From: Armatimonadota bacterium
GTDB lineage: Bacteria; Armatimonadota; UBA5829; DTJY01
Direction: 5' to 3'
Assembly (NCBI GenBank): GCA_023511795.1
Contig: JAIMAU010000006.1
Location: 77,730 to 141,729 of the forward strand
DNA length: 64,000 bases
Under the pieces are notes generated by a model that was not told the DNA's origin, searched no databases, and saw only the letters and a program-made list of their open reading frames with translations. Below, piece by piece: positions 61,094-64,000 of this stretch. Position numbers and translations under genes: made by a program. Positions within the stretch are counted from its first letter, which is position 1; each line of letters begins with the position of its first letter.

Positions 61094-63093
61094 TTATGCT
61101 GCCTTATCCTGCGATTCCTCCTCAAAACCTTCTGTGGAGAGTTCGTTCAGAAACGCCTCAACAACCTTGGGATCAAACTGGGTGCCACTGTTATTCTTCA
61201 ACACCTCAATTGCTTTGCTTATGGAAAACCCTTTCCTGTATGGCCGGTTCGAAGTTAAGGCATCGAAAGCATCTGCGACAGCGATTATGCGCGCAAAAAG
61301 GGGTATTTCTTCCTGAGCAAGCCCTGAAGGATATCCTGTTCCATCATAACGTTCATGGTGATATAGAATTCCCGGCAGTATCAAATCAAGATTTTGCGAG
61401 CCGCGGATGATAGAACCGCCTAACTGCGGATGTGCCCTGACAAGTTTAAGCTCATCTTCCGTAAGACTTGCCGGTTTTTCAAGCACACAGTCCGGCACGC
61501 CAATTTTCCCGATATCGTGAAGTCGGGCAGCCATATGTAGTAGCTCCAACTGCTCATTATCTAGCCCAAAATGCTTGCCAATCAGCAAAGCATACCTGCT
61601 GACATTTTCCGAGTGGTTTCGCGTATATGGGTCTCGGGCATCTATGGCTGCAGCCAAGACCTTAATCGCACTTCCTGTCGGGTCTTGCAAGAACATAGAG
61701 ACATGAGAAGGATCACTTGCACGCATCCCACTGCCGGCTTTGTAAGCACATATTCGGTCACGCCCAAGTCGCTTTGCCTGATAAAGCGCCGAATCCGCCG
61801 CCATTATCAAACCCATTTTCTCCTGGCTGTGGTGCGGGTATACAGCTATCCCTATGCTTACCGTCAAGCTTATTGCTTGGTTCTCGGCATCCCCTATCAA
61901 TTCTTTGGTAAGCTTAAACGCGTGTGCGGATACAGCTTTTCTAATCCTCTCGGCAGTTTTCAAAGCACCGAGCAATCCTTCCCCAGGTAGTATAATGGCA
62001 AACTCCTCACCACCATATCTAGCTGCAATGTCCTTTTCATGTAGATTTCGCTTAATTAAGCCAGCTATCTGGCGGAGGATATCATCACCAGCCATATGTC
62101 CCAGCGAATCATTAATCAACTTGAACCTGTCAATATCAAGCATCAGCAGAGCAAGTTCGTCCGATTGCTGCTTGGCATGGTCAATCTCTTCTTGCAACCT
62201 TGCTTGAAAGTAACCATGGTTGTAAAGCCCAGTTAGATAGTCCAAATTAATTTGTGAAAGCATTTCTTCCTTATGTTCGAGCAATCGCAGAATTTCATTG
62301 AAAGCACTAGCAACCTGACCTATTTCATCGCACCTATGGTCATCCGTAAACCTTGCCAACCCTCCTTTGACCACAGCATGCAAACGACTGACAAACTGCG
62401 TGATTGGACGAAAGATAATCGCTGAGAATATTGAGGCCAGCATGATGGAAAATATAACGGATGTTAACAAAAAAATGCACCCATACGCCTCATTTGGGCC
62501 AGCTCACTTTCAAGCTGGCTGGCAGACATTTCTACTCCCACGACGCCCACCAGCTGGCCCGAGCCGTCCAGTATTGGCGCATATCCGGATATCCAATTAC
62601 CCCAGGGGGCATGCTTGACCTTCGCAACGGATGACGGGCGCAAAAGCGCTTCCCTCAGTTCTGGTAGTTGCGATGCGTCAAAGTTGTCGCCGATGTGGCG
62701 AACAAGCTTTGGGTCTTGCTCCGTGCCCACGAGAAATTTCCATATCTCGAGATTCTTGCTCGGATGCAGTATATAGATACGTCTTACCTCGGGATTTGCA
62801 GCTCTAAAGCGGACTAATAGTTTCTTTGTTTGCCTGTATGCTTGTGTATCTTCGTCTCCGCGCTCACGAAGAAGCTCAAGCTCTTCTGCGTTAATTTGTA
62901 GGGCAATGCTGCTCGCAAAAAATGCAGGCCTTTCGCATATCTCATCGAAGAGTGTTTGGCGAGCATAGTAGTAAAATGCACAAATACCGCTTGTGCCCAC
63001 CAATATTACCAGACAGGCAACAAGAGCGCACAGCTTCCAACGCCAAGATGATTGGCCTGACGCTTTTGCTTTTTGAATACCAATTTTCCGCAT
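61094..63093 (-). pseudogene. Sensor domain + HAMP + GGDEF + HD-GYP protein, frameshifted at an A7/T7 tract
   Basis: ORF 62464-63093 (TM plus Cache-like WISGYAPILD) ends at the start of TM2; ORF 61094-62470 continues with HAMP (DEIGQVASAFN), RYGGEEF, LHDIGK and HHERYDGTGYP. Confidence 0.8.
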
Positions 63094-63169
63094 AACTTAC
63101 TATTAATAATTGGCAATAATAAGCTTGCTCTTGAGTTTTAATTTGTGGGGATTTTTGCGAAGGCATACT

Positions 63170-64000
63170 CTACTTAAACTCTAAGATTTCAGCCTTTAGG
63201 CTACCCATTGTCTTTACAGTATCGAACATTGCGCCGGTATCGCCTTCTGCTAGCTTGATGTGCGTTGCGTCCACAAAGTCAGATGGAAGCGTCGGGTCAA
63301 TTGGTATCCACTCGCCTACGTAACTCTCCGCCCAAGCATGGTAGAAAAACCCACCCTTCCAATGCACTAGACCAGCCACGAGTTTGGTAGGAATTCCAAC
63401 GGCTCGTGCGAGAGCCGCATAAAGTATGGCGTAATCACGGCAAACACCGGTTTTCGTATGAAGCACATCCAGAGATGACCTGACAATTCCGATATTCCCT
63501 TTCGATTGCATGTTAGCATGAACCCATGACCTTAAGCGAGCAGCAGCAAGATAGGCATTCTTTTCGTTGCCTATGATATCTTTAGCCGTCTGCCGGATTT
63601 CAGAGTTTGTGGGTTGGACATAGGGGCTGTCACCAAGATACTTCTCCAGATTCGGATTCTGAATAGGCAAGTTAGGTGCATTCGCTGGAACGAAGTCGGA
63701 AGAAGCGATCTCATACTCAGCCGACGGCTTTTCGCCAGAGGCATAAGTCACCTTCTGACGCTTATCGCTAATTGCCAGCGATTTGTCGGACAGCCCAATC
63801 AACCTTACCTTCATATATCTTACCTGCCGCGGATTTGGGATATCGGTTGTGGTTGGCGCCGACGTCATAACTGCAAGATCTGCGGGAGGTGTGTAGGCTC
63901 CTCCAATATTTTGCGCAACCTCTTGGGGTTCGCGGAGCATCACCATCCCCATTAGGGCGGTTACTTTCAGAACCTCGCCATTTTCATCTTGCCAACATGT
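63170..64000 (-). CDS. Transglutaminase-like domain protein, 5' end beyond window
   Basis: GVCRDYA, YHAWAE and IDPT catalytic triad; frame is open to the window end. Confidence 0.9.
   Translation of the reverse strand, partial: TCWQDENGEVLKVTALMGMVMLREPQEVAQNIGGAYTPPADLAVMTSAPTTTDIPNPRQVRYMKVRLIGLSDKSLAISDKRQKVTYASGEKPSAEYEIASSDFVPANAPNLPIQNPNLEKYLGDSPYVQPTNSEIRQTAKDIIGNEKNAYLAAARLRSWVHANMQSKGNIGIVRSSLDVLHTKTGVCRDYAILYAALARAVGIPTKLVAGLVHWKGGFFYHAWAESYVGEWIPIDPTLPSDFVDATHIKLAEGDTGAMFDTVKTMGSLKAEILEFK

Overview
Bacterial chromosomal window with no mobile elements, CRISPR or rRNA. It combines outer-membrane functions (TolC, LolA-like, RseB-like) with Terrabacteria-type gene orders (cdaA-cdaR; efp-accB-accC-nusB-folD-ispA), which suggests Armatimonadota (inference). 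Contents in order: two divergent secreted glycoside-hydrolase-like genes, the first running off the left edge and absent from the ORF track; pfkB; an ECF sigma/zinc anti-sigma/RseB-like module; acyP; two secreted proteins; PPi-PFK; glmS; a DAG kinase; a ~1000-aa GerMN-amidase-Ig/FN3 gene broken by two frameshifts; cdsA; tRNA-Gln(CTG) with glnS; a stand-alone GMP synthase B subunit; a GH109/NamZ/agarase-like cluster; a phosphohexomutase; an AbrB-led TolC/ABC/LolA/MFP/RND operon; the efp-ispA operon with a Cys-rich membrane protein and a pilin-like gene inserted; a 12-kb island of six GT-C-type membrane glycosyltransferases; cdaA-cdaR; a frameshifted GGDEF/HD-GYP gene; and a partial transglutaminase-like gene. 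The best candidate for an undescribed system is the tandem array of four paralogues resembling eukaryotic TMTC protein O-mannosyltransferases, each with a different TPR tail. Four small frameshifts in the window may be sequencing errors. All assignments come from motifs read by eye; no searches were run.
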